Source: Daphnia carinata (lineage: Eukaryota). From it: DNA of 64,000 nucleotides. The number at the start of each line of letters is the position of its first letter. Position 1 is the stretch's first letter. Positions 27,363 to 41,300 of the stretch are shown here, piece after piece. The position numbers and the translations under genes were made by a program. A model generated the notes under the pieces. The model searched no databases. It saw only the letters and a program-made list of their open reading frames with translations, and had not been told where the DNA came from. Location of the stretch: NCBI RefSeq assembly GCF_022539665.2, contig NC_081333.1, forward strand, positions 9,052,001 to 9,116,000. Reading direction: 5' to 3'.

Positions 27363-28267
27363 CTTAGCCGGAATGAAATTTATAAACTAAATGACAGCAC
27401 TATTCCCAGGCTAACGGAATCATTAAAAAAAAATAAAGAGTTTGATCACCACGTTACCTTCAGCGGCAGTGAAGTGGTGTTGTCATTTGTTGTCGTCAAC
27501 TGCCGAGTTGCCATTTACGAAGACTTCGTTGAGTCATCAAACGATAATGTTCTGTCCACCTAAACAAGTGTTTTATTCAATCCTTGTTTTTAATATCAAA
27601 ATTTGAATTTCCTAAACCATTTTGGAATGAGTGAAACCGGCCAAGATGAATCGATCTAGGATGCTTCTTTTTCGAGGCGCAGAGTACCTCGCCTGTAAAC
27701 CGCTTTTAGTATGGGTGGCGAAGAGTGTATCCCTAAAATGCTGACGAAAGTGGAACTAGAGAGGGTGAAACCAAACACAAAAAGTCCCGGTTTGCTGGTT
27801 TTCGTTTGTTCTACTGGCAGAGTTCCGTCTAAAATCGTGGAATTGGCCTATAAAACAGGACAGTTTGAGCTTGGAAGTGTATTGTGATGTGTGGCTTTGT
27901 TAATAAGTGGTGGTCTACTCATTCTGATGAAATGGTACCTCGGACAGCAGCTTACGTTACAGTATAGCCAATTTCGCGCCTAGTTGTGTTGTGTTCGTGT
28001 CGACCTCTTGTCGACCCATCTTTGATGCCAAGTGTAAACCAGCCTACAAATTCCGTAGTATAAATAGTTTCCTTAGAGTTCAACGCAAAAAAAAGCAGTA
28101 CAAGCAGTGTCGCATTTGGCAAGGTTTATTCGACTAGTTTTAATTTTAGTGTCCTAGCTTTGTTATTCTCGAGCAAACCACAACAAATACACATTTTAGC
28201 TCTCGTCCCCACAGCTGGTGGTCGATAAGTTTAAGGTCCCTCGTTAGAAATCTAGTCTCCAGTGAAA

Positions 28268-31238
28268 ATGGCCATATACATACAACAGCAACACCGACAA
28301 AATAAACGCCACAAAACGAAATCCATTGGGAGCCCTGTAAGTATATTTCATCACATTCAGTGAAAGGGAAACCTTTCCGTCCTTTGTTGTCACATGACGT
28401 CAGCAGATATCCGTTAGGTTCTTTTTCATGTTCAAACTTGCCTCTAGATTTCTTTTCCTTTCATCCCCCTTGGCTACTGTAAAGTAAATACAAAATGGGC
28501 AAGTTTTTTACAATATCCCTTTGTTTGCTGCTGAATGCGACCAACTGGGTTGGCACGTTTTTGATAATTTATGGTAGTCTAGCGAAAGTGTACCCCGATT
28601 TTACTGTTTACTGACCCAGATAATCAGACTATAGGGAGAAGAATTCTCGCACCAATAGACCACACTTTCTTTTTTAAATTATGTATTTACATTTTTTTTT
28701 TCTTTTCATTTTTCACTGTATAGGACCCTATGGATGCGTTTCTGGGGCTGTACGACAACGGTTCAGATTCAGACGATGACGATTGGATTTCTCAATTTGA
28801 ATTGGCCGATCCTCTGGCTAATAATAATAATCAACAGAAAAATCTACCCCCAGAACCGCAGTCTGGCAATATTGAATACAAATTGAAATTAGTCAATCCC
28901 TCCGAACAACGGATTCAGCATCTTGTCACTCAGGTATGAACAAAATCGACATGCATCCATCAAAAAGAACGATAAATAACGGGGGCATCATAATTAATAC
29001 CAAATATGTAAAAAAAAAAAAAAAAAATGGTGTTTGAATGCCGCTTATAATTATTATTATGGTGAATGAATCCAAGTTTTGCATCAGTCTTTAGTCATAT
29101 CCGACAGTTAGGCAATAAAATAGCTTTTGATTACTTCAGCAGAACTAGTTCAACGAACCTTTCATCTAGGGCGCTTTGAACAGGTTTTGTTTACGCGTGC
29201 GGTTATCTTACATTACGTCAGTTGGAAGTGTCTAACCACGTGATAAGAATTAAGAGACATCTAGTGCATTTGATTTCAAATTCTTAAATAAGGAACATTC
29301 TTGAATTGCAATCAGCTTGCGGTGTGAAAGTAATTTCTGATTTCGTCGAGACTTGAGTGGCCGGCAGGGAACATGCAAAGAAAAGGTGCCATTGACCGAA
29401 ATGTTAATATTTTTTACCATTCAACATGTGATTTGCAATGACTATCCGGTTAATTTAATTCCGCTAAATTTACTAAATGAATTTTTATTTTCGGTGGCCA
29501 CCCAGATGAAATGGCGTTTGCGTGAAGGTCAAGGTGAGGCGATCTACGAAATCGGAGTAGGGGACGATGGATTTCTTCATGGTTTGTCACGCTCGGATAT
29601 GGATGCTTCACTGGATACTTTAACCAACATGGCCAGACGTTTGGGTGCCTCTGTGACTATTCTAAGAAGAAGGTCTGTTCGTATCAATTCACATGCAAAT
29701 TCCGAGATCTAATCACCAGTTTTTACAGGTCTTTAGACGCCACCGATAATGAAGTTATGACGGATCTCAGCGTGGCGGAAGTGCTCGGTTTGTTTATTTA
29801 AACACAAAAATTCTAACTCAATTCATTTGAATGACTATTATTATTTCCTTTTGTTGACCGTTTCAGTGAGGAAAGTCCCGGACGACCAGCGTAGTATCGA
29901 TTTGCGGGTAGCAGTTTTGGGGAATGTCGAAGTCGGCAAGTCAACTTTAATCGGCGTGTTGACGCAAGGCCAGCTAGACAATGGACGTGGCTTGGCCCGG
30001 CTTAACATGTTTCGACATAAACATGAATTTCAGACGGGTCGAACAAGCTCTGTCAGCCATGACATTTTGGGTTTCGATTCGGGCGGACAGGTAGTTAATT
30101 ACGAACAAGCTACCACGGCAGAGGAAATTTGTGACAACTGTTCCAAATTACTGACCTTCATCGATCTGGCTGGTCACCACAAATACCTGCGAACTACCAT
30201 TCGTGGCTTGACCTCCTATTCTCCTCATTACGTCATGCTTATCGTCTCGGGAACGTCAGGAGTTGTGGGCACCACCCGAGAGCACCTTGGCCTAGCTTTG
30301 GCACTGGAGGTCCCTTTCTTTATCGTCATCACTAAGCAGGACGTAACCCGGCCTCAAGTTCTCGCCGACACTATACAACATTTGGAAACTCATCTGAAAG
30401 GCCCAGGATGCAATAAGGTGCCATTCCGTATAGAAACAGAAGATGATGTCATTACTGCTGGCGCAGCCTCGCTATCCGAGACAACCGTGCCCATCTTTGT
30501 GGTGTCGAGCGTAACCGGCCGAGGGCTTAATCTCTTGACCAAATTTTTGCATTTGCTGCCGCCAGGGTGGGGCGCATTGGAACGCGAAAAGATGGAACAG
30601 GAGCCAGTGGAATTTCAAATTTACGAGACGTTTTGTCTACCTCAAGTCGGCACGGTCTTGGGCGGCCTTTTAACACAAGGCGTTTTGACGGAAAACATGA
30701 ACCTGTTGCTTGGACCTCTAGAAGATGGATCGTTTCATCCGGTTCAAGTCCAGTCGATCCAACGTTACAAGTCTTCGTGCCGAGCTGTCCGAGCTGGCCA
30801 AAGCGCATCTCTGGCACTCAATATCGAGTTGCCGAACATTCGTAAAGGAATGATTCTAGCTGATCCGCATCTGAAACCGCAAGCCACGCTCTTTTTTCAG
30901 GTAGTAGATTATTGTGTCATTCATAGATGTCGACGTCATTGTTGCACTCTCTGTTGTAGGCCACAATTGTTGTGCTGTTTCATTCTACGAGCATACATAA
31001 AGGATTCCAGACAACGGTGCACATCGGCAGCATCCAACAGACAGCCGTACTCGAAGGAATAATGGCAGCCAAACATATTGTTACCAATGATACGGCTTCG
31101 GTGCTTTTCCGTTTCTTGCAGCATCCGGAATTCATCAGGACGGGGTCAAGGCTACTATTTCGTACAGGTAGCACTCAAGGAATCGGAAAAATCACGCAGG
31201 TCTTCCCAATCGAGATTGACAGTTGTGCAGAGAAGTAA
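28268..31238 (+). CDS. GTPBP2: GTP-binding protein 2 (translational GTPase); conserved part starts at ATG 28730, possible in-frame upstream exon 28268-28336
   Basis: LPPEPQSGNIEYKLKLVNPS..HLVTQ-MKWRLREGQGEAIYEIG, GNVEVGKSTL, FRHKHEFQTGRTSS, DLAGHHKY, TKQD, C-terminal beta-barrel FRF...GIGKIT. Confidence 0.93.
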
Positions 31239-31723
31239 AGTACGCTTTTTTTATCGCCCTTTGAGCTCTTTTTCCTGATGTAGATTCAAAATTTTGACCC
31301 CGAAATTTTTACAGAATCGTTTGATCGTTTTACGTAATTATTATTTTTTTTCCTTTTATTTTTAAAGAAAGCATGCTGCTTATTACGTGTAATCTTAACA
31401 GCGGGAAGCATAACTGAAGTGTTAAGTGCACAAGCTAAGTGTAAACTTAGTAGCACTAGCACAGATGTTTGCCTCAACAACATTATGTAGCGAAAATTGA
31501 ATGGCTAATGTCGTCCCCCTACGTTTTTTTTTGCGCAAAGTCACGTTTGAAATTATTACAAAATTTATATTACTTATTTTCACCACGAATCCGGCAATCT
31601 AATGAACTTCCTCATCGCCAAAATATTTTGTCTTCTATCTATCTTCTCGTCTCCTATCATGAACTGTCACAGCCTTAAATTCTTTGTCTCTTTTACCCCA
31701 CTGTGTGTCGAAACTTTGTCGGA

Positions 31724-31746
31724 TATATATATATATATATATATAC
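31724..31746. repeat. (TA)n microsatellite
   Basis: Uninterrupted TA run, read directly. Confidence 0.85.
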
Positions 31747-32304
31747 AAACTACGGAAAAAGAGAGACGTGAACGCCTTTTTTTCTGTTTTTCCAACTGTA
31801 GGCCGTCACTTTGTTGGGTCTAAAGAATTTTGAAGAAAATGGCGACACGCCAAAGATGCGCGTATATCAGCGCGGTCGACCTAGCGGGGCGACATATTGA
31901 AGTCGAAAAAGAGAGGGAAAACAAGGGATAAAAAGAGAGGGAAAACAACACAAAGATTTATTTTTGGATCTCGGGTATATTTGTCGGTATGGGAAGTAAA
32001 AACGGGCCGATCCCGTTGGTTGCATTTCCCGCTGGTTTCGCTCCTTATCGTGTCGTCTCCGCTGCCTCAAATTTTGCTCAACGATTCATTTCAGCTCTGA
32101 GCGTCTACAGACGCGGTGTCTCTTCTAACTTTCTCTTTCTAGTTTCTTCTTTCCTTTTTTTTATTATTATTTTTCGTTGCTGTTTCTTCACTTTTACTAC
32201 CCCCAACAACAAACCATCCTAAAACAAGTGCTAATAATTTAGTTACCTTAAAAACTACTAGTCTTAATTTAATCCCGAACATCGAACGAACGAAAGCTGA
32301 TGCA

Positions 32305-35300
32305 ATGAAGCCAACAAAAACGGTAAGTAGGCCTCTCCTAATAGCATTCGTTGTTTTTCTTTTTAAAAAAATGTATGAGAGGGATTTCTTTTGAAAGGTT
32401 TTGTGTATTCCGCCTCCTTTCGTGATGTTGATGAGCCTGAAGTGGGTCTCTTTGTTTCTCTCACATACTTTGGTAAATTCCTGTGTGTCTCGGTCGTAAA
32501 CTTGATCGAGTCATTAAGAAGCTGCTCGAAATTGTTCGTGGTTAGTTCTATAAATGGGGAACAGAAACCGCAGCAATGGAGCCACAAAACACATAGTGAC
32601 GATTTCCATCTATTATGGCCATCGTATCTTGAAAGACTTCATTGTTAGCGACACTTGATATAGCTTATTTTATGGAAAACGTTTAACGGGGCGTTTTGCT
32701 CGACTTCTGAAAAAATGGGCAGGACGAGTAATGCAATGAAACTGCCGGTTGCCTTTTGATAAACTATTGATAAATGCATTGCAAATCAAAATGCAACAGG
32801 CCTCCAAACGATCAATCATACTTTTGTATCGATACCTTTTGTCCTTTTTCTTTTGGCGCCATTCTTCACAACAGAAACGCAATTGATCATTCGCGAAAGA
32901 TCCACAGAAGGGCATGGCGGTCGTGCTCACTGTTGGAACCCTTTTATTTTTTGTGTTTTTTTCAACATTTTAAACACAAAAAGTGCAAATATTTTATACC
33001 CTGGCATATTTTCGATGCAAGTGCAACATTCCAGTTTGTTAGTTGTTCCAACAGAGATACTTTAGCCGATGTGTTGGTCTTTTTTCTGTCCTGTAACCCA
33101 GAAAACAAAAGAGAAAATGGTTGCGGTTCATTAGATTGAAGCAAACTGTTTGGCAAAAGGACACTCAAAAGTATCATATCCTAGTTCCTAGTTCTTTCAC
33201 CTGGTTCGTCTCTCTGCCTCTACATTCTCCAAAGTGCTATTATTCCCCTTCCTCCTTGTGTCGGCCATTAAAAAACGGACTTTCCCTTCACATTGCTGTG
33301 GCTACGTCATCAGCCGTGCCTGTGTACGGGGGGCTGAACAACCCGAGTGGGTGGGTTTCACAACAGCAACACGCGATCGGCAGCCAGGCACCGGCCATCA
33401 AACTCAGTTCAGTCGAAAGTTTGGCACCCTCCTACCATAACGCACCTGGCAGTGCCTCTCGCCGATCGTTGTTATCTTCAGTTTTTTAAAATAGAAAAAC
33501 AACTTTGGTTGACCAAACTTCGAGGAAAAGGAGTTACGTTTTTTAACTACCGGAGGCTTTCACCATCTCTGTTTAGGTTAGTACAACCACGTGCTGTGTT
33601 TCCATGAAAATATCGTTCGCCATCTTTCTTGTTGTCATGTCTGGACTTGCTCGGGGTGACGTCTCGAGCGATGAGTGAAAATCGTTTCCCTTGTAATTAT
33701 CTGCCCTGAAATATGTTTTTCATTCGAGACTTTCCATCAACTATTCAATTTGGCATTGTGACATGAGCGTCATGCGTGGCCATGTATGATCGTTTTTGGG
33801 CCGTTTTCTAATAGTCTGGTTTTTTAATGAACTACATTCATTATTTGCGTTATTGATTGACTGGGATAAACGAGACAGGGCTGCAAATAGTATACCAGCA
33901 TTGATACTTCTTCGCTCTTCTATCTATTACGCCATTCGCGTTGGCAAATTTTTTGAATACGTAATCGGCTTTCAGAGAGCGAATGTCAGATTTGCGTCAA
34001 CGGTCAATGTTCTCGTGTACATATATGCTGAACGCCCAGATAATCAGTTTTCCTTTTTTTCTTTTTTGTTGAAAGCAAAAGCTTCAGGCAGCTTATATGC
34101 ATATCGTGGTACGCATAGTGTTTCGACCTTTGCAGTAGCGGAATCGCCTATACATATTTTACTGTAACAACTGTGAAGGACAAACTCAAACAAAATCGCG
34201 AAACCTTTGAAAAAAATTCAGGGTGCGTGATAGACATCCGGTTTTTTTTTTGCCTTGTTCACGTTATGCGAAATATAGCCAGTTATTTTTTTTCCATCGT
34301 AATAGTATTATTAAAAGGATAGATAGCGAAAGATAAAAAGAAACGTAAACTATTAGGATAAGGGCTGCGCAAATTGCATCAGTGACATCATCGCCAGCTC
34401 ACAGGAGCCGATCCCAAAACCTGTTAAAAGCTGTTGAGCTTTTCTTTTGCTTCACCAACAGCAGTTTACGGATTCCTTCGGAAAAATCTACCTATAAATT
34501 TTTGTTGTTGTTGTAGACAAAGTTTCTACATAGCAGGAAGTAGTACGTCCAGTGGGGGGTGGGCAATTTAATTGGTCGGCAACTGTTATCGCTTGTCTTG
34601 ATGGAATTCAATCGTCGTATGGAAATGCCAGGCCAATTTTTGATTCAAGTCCACGTAGGAATGAAAACAATCAGCAAACCTTTTTTGGCACACGTTTTAC
34701 TAGGGTTGGACCGTCATAGGGAAACATGATGTTTACAAAACGCGTGAGTAACGATGAGCAAGTTTGCGAGTCAGAGGTAAAAGGAGGGAGAGATATATAG
34801 CTTTCTAGTTAAATCATGTCGCGTCACGTTAACAAAGACCGTCCCTTTTCTTCCTTTTTAACAAATTTGACTAACAGTCATCACGCTATATTTACACCCA
34901 ACCCAGCAAAATACTTTAATTTAACTTCCTACCTCCTTATTTCTTTCGGTACTTCAGGGGGTGGGAAAGGGGGAAAAAACCCTGCTCGGGGAAAAATGTA
35001 CACAAGGAAAAAGCAGAAAACCCAACCACCGAAAATTTTTAAACTATGAATAATGGAAAAGAAAAAAAAAAGGAAGGGAATAAAAGTCTGAAAAAACCTT
35101 GGCTCACTGCCCGATTGGCATGTGATCAACTAGTAGACGAACACGACGGGATCGACCGGCCTGAATATAATGTAACCACATACACACGGTCCGTCCCGCC
35201 TCTTAACCTCCTCCGAGCCAGCAGCCTCGCCGTCGCCTCGTACCATTTTTCTATTTGGTACGTTTGCGTGTGTAGTTTTTCTTTCACTTTAGTACTCGTT

Positions 35301-38300
35301 TAAGGCATGTTTCCTTTTTTTTTTATATACAGAAATCTTTTTTTTTTCAAGGCCAAGTCTTGTTTTTTCTTTACCATTCCTCGTGGTTTTTCATTAAATC
35401 ATTTCCTTACCTTGTTTCCGAGGCTTACCTTAAAAAAATGTTTATCTTTTCCTTTCTCCCTCCATTCGTCATTGTATAAGAGAAATCTACGTATAAGTAA
35501 AAGGACAAGAAAACAAGATGGGAACATTCACTGCGTTTCCTGTTAAATCACCAGTTAATTGTCGTTCCATTGTCCGACCACTTCAATTGCGACATTGGAA
35601 GGGTCCTGATTTTTTTTTCTTTCTGTTTTCATTGGTTGACTTCAATTGAATTATTAAAGAAAAACGGACAGACAAACATCTGGCTTGAATGTCGTGCTCA
35701 ATTGAGGCAGTGTTGTCTGGCCCGCTTTTTGAAATGCCCGGTTTCGTTTCTATCTCCCGCAATGTGCAGAAATTTTTTTGGCCGTCAGAAGGTGGACAGA
35801 CTGGTCGTTCTAGATTAACGCCCAGGATGGTTTTTATGTTATATCAAAACCATGTTAGACAACACTCGATCGTGATTTATCCATTATATCACCTTGTTGG
35901 GACGTTGTAGCGAAATGTTGTCCGTGTATTTTTCAAAGAAGGAAGGATGACCGTGAAAGAAGAAATGCAACGAAGCGAACGAAAAGAGAGAGGCAAGAGA
36001 TAGACGAGAGTAGCAACGGGGCCATAACCTTTTCTAGGTCCTTAGGTCACAGCTGTTTTCACTTCAACTTTAGTGACTGACAGATCTTTGGAGCGTGAAG
36101 ACGTTTTTCTGTTTTGTTTGCTTTTATCGTTGTTTTGTTCTTTTTTTTCGGCGATGAATAATTTAAATTCCAACATGTTTTTCGATCGAAGAGAACAAGA
36201 GGATTTCCAGGAGTAAAACATAGTGCCATTGAATCGTGAAAGAATCAGATAAAACTTTCGGTGCAAAGTTCTTTCATTCTAATGGAATTTAGCTGCCGTG
36301 CTTTCGCCATGTTGACTTTTCCAGTAGACCAACGCAGTGGGATTGTGATCCGTAATGCGTGTGTCACTCACAACAATTTGCGTGCTCGACAAACCCAACC
36401 CAGAAAAGTGCAATAATCTCTCTTTCACACCAGTCCTAAGTAAAAGAACTCATTCGACCGACGAAACATTTTTCTAATACGTACGCTGGAAATTGCTGAA
36501 TTTCTATAGCATCCATCAGTTCGTTCGTGTTTGCTGGACGAGTGAGTCGCAACTTGATGACGACGAAGGCCCCTCAGCCACTTGAACAATCACGAAACCC
36601 ATCTCAACCTGTCTGCTTCTAACTTGATGAAGTATCGCGATATTTGTGTATGTAGCGTGCGAAAACCCAAATCAAAATTCAACGAAAAGTCTCGAGTCCA
36701 CCACACCCACCAACGACCGTGCTGATCGGGTTTAAACGTGGGAAAACATTTTTTTTTTTGCGTCGATCGTTCCAACGAAAATCTTTATTTTTTCTCCCCG
36801 TCTTCGTACAGTGAACCTTTGCGGTTGCTACTATGAGAAAGCAGTTCATTGTTTACATTTGTGTTGGTTGACTCACACGACGATGAGTCCAACACCGACG
36901 ATCGGCCAGAAAGTCTCAGCCAGTTATCTGCTTGACTGTCCTTGTCTCTCTTTTCTGTACGCTAGCCCGCGCTCATAAAGCCAATAGAACAGCCAGGTGT
37001 GTCTCGCTTATAGTTCGTGCTCAGCCAGTGGATCGACGTAGTGCCGACAGCGCACAGACTTACACTTGGTTCGCCAGCCGGCTGAATCGGTAGCCTCTGT
37101 TGTTTCTCTCTCTATTTATTTCGTTTTTTTGTGCATATTTCCATGAGTGTGTTTAGTAAATACGTGTCGTTTTCGCACGCACATTGAACAGCCAACACGT
37201 TGTTCGTTACGCCAACTAGTAAGACTGTCGTGAGTGGACTTAGTTTTCAAGCAATCGGCAAGCTCGATGGCAACAATTGTTCGACTTGAACACGACGAGA
37301 AAACGCGAGATCTAGTGCATTCGTTATTGATTTTGTGTTGCTGTTAGTGAAGGCGATCGACGTTCCTACTGCGCACTACGTTGTAGTTTTGTGTTTGGCC
37401 AACGTTCGTGTGTGTTGACATTCCAACTGGATATCGATCCGACTATTATCCTGTCATCCGACTAATTCAATAAGAAGAGTAAGAAAAGCCACGTATCATC
37501 ATTCGTGTATATACATATAGTATTTTTGAAATGGAATGCCTTGCGTGCCTGTTTATTATGCCGGATATTTTAATATGCGATAGGAATTGCGACATCAGTT
37601 AGGTTCTCGCTGTGCGGACGGAAAAATTCTTTATAATAGATTCCGTCTCATTCTTCATCCTGTCCCGGATGTATCGCCGGTGACACATGAATTGTGTTGT
37701 CATCTTAAAGTTTTCTTTTTTTTTTCTTTTATTATTTTTTTTTTCCTGTCTTGTAACACTGGCAGACATTTTATTTATTTATTTTTTTGTCGTGTACTTA
37801 TTATGCTCTGGTGAACTTCCGCATGTTGCGTCCCGTCGTTTTTTTTTTTTGTTTTTTTTTTCGAATCACGCGATGAATTGTTGCTTCTCTCTAGTCGTCT
37901 CAAAAAATATCCTCTCCCTCTCTCTTTCTTTTTTTGTGGAAATACAAGTCGGGGGAAGAAGACGTGATTACATCACAAGGGAGGCAACCTGAAACGTGCG
38001 TGAGTCAAGTCTTTAGGTCCTTGAGGTTGGGGCAGCTTTACACGGAGTGAGAGGGGAGAGTTTGGTGATTGTTCACGGTCTTTTTGGAATGAATTGCAAG
38101 GCAAAAGTCCCAAATGAAGAAAAGAAAAATCGCAGTGACCCTCGACAATCCACTTCAGGTTGAAAAAAAAAAATTTCAGTAGTGAAATGAGAAAAAAAAA
38201 CAAACAGAGCGGATAATGAGAAAAAGATCGTTTGCGTTTTTTAAATGGCCAGCATTTTCACGTTTGGATTTTTGTTGTTTGCCGTTATTAAATGTCCCTT

Positions 38301-41300
38301 TTTCTTTCCTATTGTCTCGTGAATGGGCGACTGTGTACAAACTACGCGGTCCAACAGAATGAACGGAGGCCTTTCTATTGAATCGCGTGAACCGTTGCGT
38401 TTTGTTCGTGTACCGTTAGCTTGACCGCGCCGTAATATTGCACACCATACGAGACTTCTGTGCCGAAACGAAAATACAGATAAATTAGAACACCCAAAAC
38501 ACGCAAACACGCATGAGAGGCCAGGCCAGAGCCTGAACGTATTGGGCAATGACGTGAGTCAAACCGAGGGAATCAGGGACTCTCCTTTCGTCCTGTTGCC
38601 ACATACGCCCCAGCCATCTCGCCAATCTAGAAAATCATCCGTCTTTTTCTTTTTTTTTTTTATTGAATTTTTTCGTTTTATTTGTTTTCACATGTTTTCT
38701 GGCATTTGTTTCTTTTTCTTTTTTTTGAGAAATTCCACCTTTATTTTCAATCGGTTGGCATATAAAAAACTTTCATAAGGCGTGGTCGGCTGCCAGTTTT
38801 CCGTTGTTTACGATTGAGCTATATACTCTACTTATATTACAATATTTATTTTATTTTTAACGCCCTATTTCGAAGCTGAGCAACGAAGCTCGTCTAGCCA
38901 GCAGAGTAGGCGCGGCGCGAAATATGAAAAGAAAGGAAGGAACGAACGACACGGATGTCTGGTTTCACGGGATGGCTGCGTGCGAATTAGCCGATGGAAA
39001 GTTGGTCCATCTAGTGGTCCAAAGAAAAGGTTTTTCCAAATCAAAAAAATTTGATTTTCAAAATTCAAACAGATAGAAAAAAAGAAATTCAGAAAAATAT
39101 GAATAAAGATTCGAAATAGTGGAACAGATGGTGTGGGATCATTGTCCAGCCGCAGGTCACTATGAAAGCCAGGGCCAACATTCTTTGCAGAATCTGGTGC
39201 CGAAATGACAGCGCCCGTCACGCTCATTCGCATGTCATCATCGTTCTGTGTACCTAAATATGGACCCTTTCTTTTTCATTGCAGACGAGTTCGTTTACAC
39301 GGAAGATGATGATGGCCTCGGAGCCGGCCAATGGTACCAGCTTGCCGTCGGTCATCCTGGGGTCGTCGTCGACGGTGGGAACCAGTTCCGCCTCTAAATC
39401 CATGTCTAGTCTGGCGCTCCGCGACCAGCAGCATCATCAAAACGTCGAAGGAGTCAAAGAGCGAAAAGAGCGACAGATGCGACGCATGGCGGCCGAAATG
39501 GACGACCAACGATCAAAGTGAGTTGTAGTTGTCACCTGTCTTAATCGCTTTTTCTCTTGTGTCTCATCCCTTTCCATTGTCACTGTCCGTTCCTTCCTAA
39601 CGTTCTCCCACCGTAAATCTCAGTACAAAAAAAAAAGGTAATTATATTTGAACCGTTCCACACCGGTAAATTTTCCTTTTTCTTTTCTCCATTTGCTTGT
39701 TAAAATTCTCAAACGATATATTTTATTTTTTTCCACTCGGGTATTTTTTTTTTGTTTCCGGGATGAAGAAAAAAAGCTGCTCTCATCCGGTTATTCACTT
39801 TCCCTTGGGCAACATGGAATGCAATAACTTTGTTAAGATCATCCTTCATCCTATTTCAAAAAATGGTGGATCACGTTGATGTTTGATTGCCTGTACAATC
39901 CCCATACGGACATAAGCTTCTTTTCCCTATGGCTGTGATCTACTGTGCACATCAAGCTCATCAATTACCATCAGTCATACGGTTGTCTTTTATGTGACAT
40001 TTTTTCACGGCTTGTCGGCGTGACTGGTGTGTGTGTCGCCCTTTAAATAGCATCGCCGTGCGATGCTTGAATACGGTGGGGGACAGGTAGACTCACTTGA
40101 CAGGCTTCCCCGCTTGTTCCGCCATGAATAACATTGACGTGTGACTTTTTCTATTGTCTCCCGCCGGTATTCCAAACTTTAAAAAAGAGAGAAATGCCGA
40201 TGAGATTATTATTGAAGTCGAAAATGCCATTGCCGTGTGAAAAGAAGGGACAAAAAAAGATAACGCATGTTTGGATTTATGTTTTCGGTGTCTGCTCTTC
40301 GGCGATAAAACAGATTCGAACGCGACAAGGCGGAAGCATTGAACCACCAGAAGGAGGCCATGAACCGCGCCTTTCGTGTCCAGCTGGCCAAATTGCTCAA
40401 AGAGAAGGAGGACCTGCAGCGCAAATGTCAGACGCTGATGCAACAGTCGAAGGAACCGAATGGCAAGATCCAATCAAACGGGATGACAACAACAGCCGCC
40501 AGCCAAGCAGCCGCCGAGACAATGAAATTAATTCACGAGAACACCATTTTGCGCAACGAAAAAAAGAAACAAGAAGAACAATTACAGGTAGCATGACGAT
40601 CATTAAGCTTAATTAACGCACTCACTTTTAATTCAACAGTGTTTGCAACAACAACAAAAATGATTTTCATGGAGTTTTCGTTTAGTTTCACGGAGAAAGC
40701 TAATTGAATATTAAAACTTTCATAATTATCAGATGATGAGGGAAAGTGAGCAACACCGGTTCGAAAATATGCGGAGTCTATTGGATGACAAGGCTCGCGA
40801 GCTGATAACGTTCCAGAAGCAGTTACGTCAACAAATCGCCCGTTTGGTAAGTCCCTTTTTTGTTTTGTTATTGTTGTGTCACCAGCGTAACGAAAACCTG
40901 TAGTTAAAAGAAGAAAAAAAAAAAAACAACTAAAATCATAGCGGATCTTTAACTTTACCTGCGAAGTACGAACACAAGAAAATTCCCGATAGTTGCGAAA
41001 ACGGATTTCAATGGGAAATGGTTGGTCGTGCTTGGAAGGCTTGCCGATGCGCATTTCAATCTGGAATGACGGATAGTTTCCTTTTTCTTTTTGTTTTGAG
41101 CAAAAATTCTGCAATTTTCTACAATTCAAAAACATTGACAGTCGTAGGTTGGAGAGAGTGCAAATTCAACTTTCTCTCACCCTGCCAAAAACAAAACAGT
41201 TGAAATGCTGGGAGAATATCTCATCCCGCCATAGTTATGTTTACTTCTCTCTCTCTCTCTCCTTTTTGAAGGGAGCCTATCCGGTTTCATGTGCCGGTCG

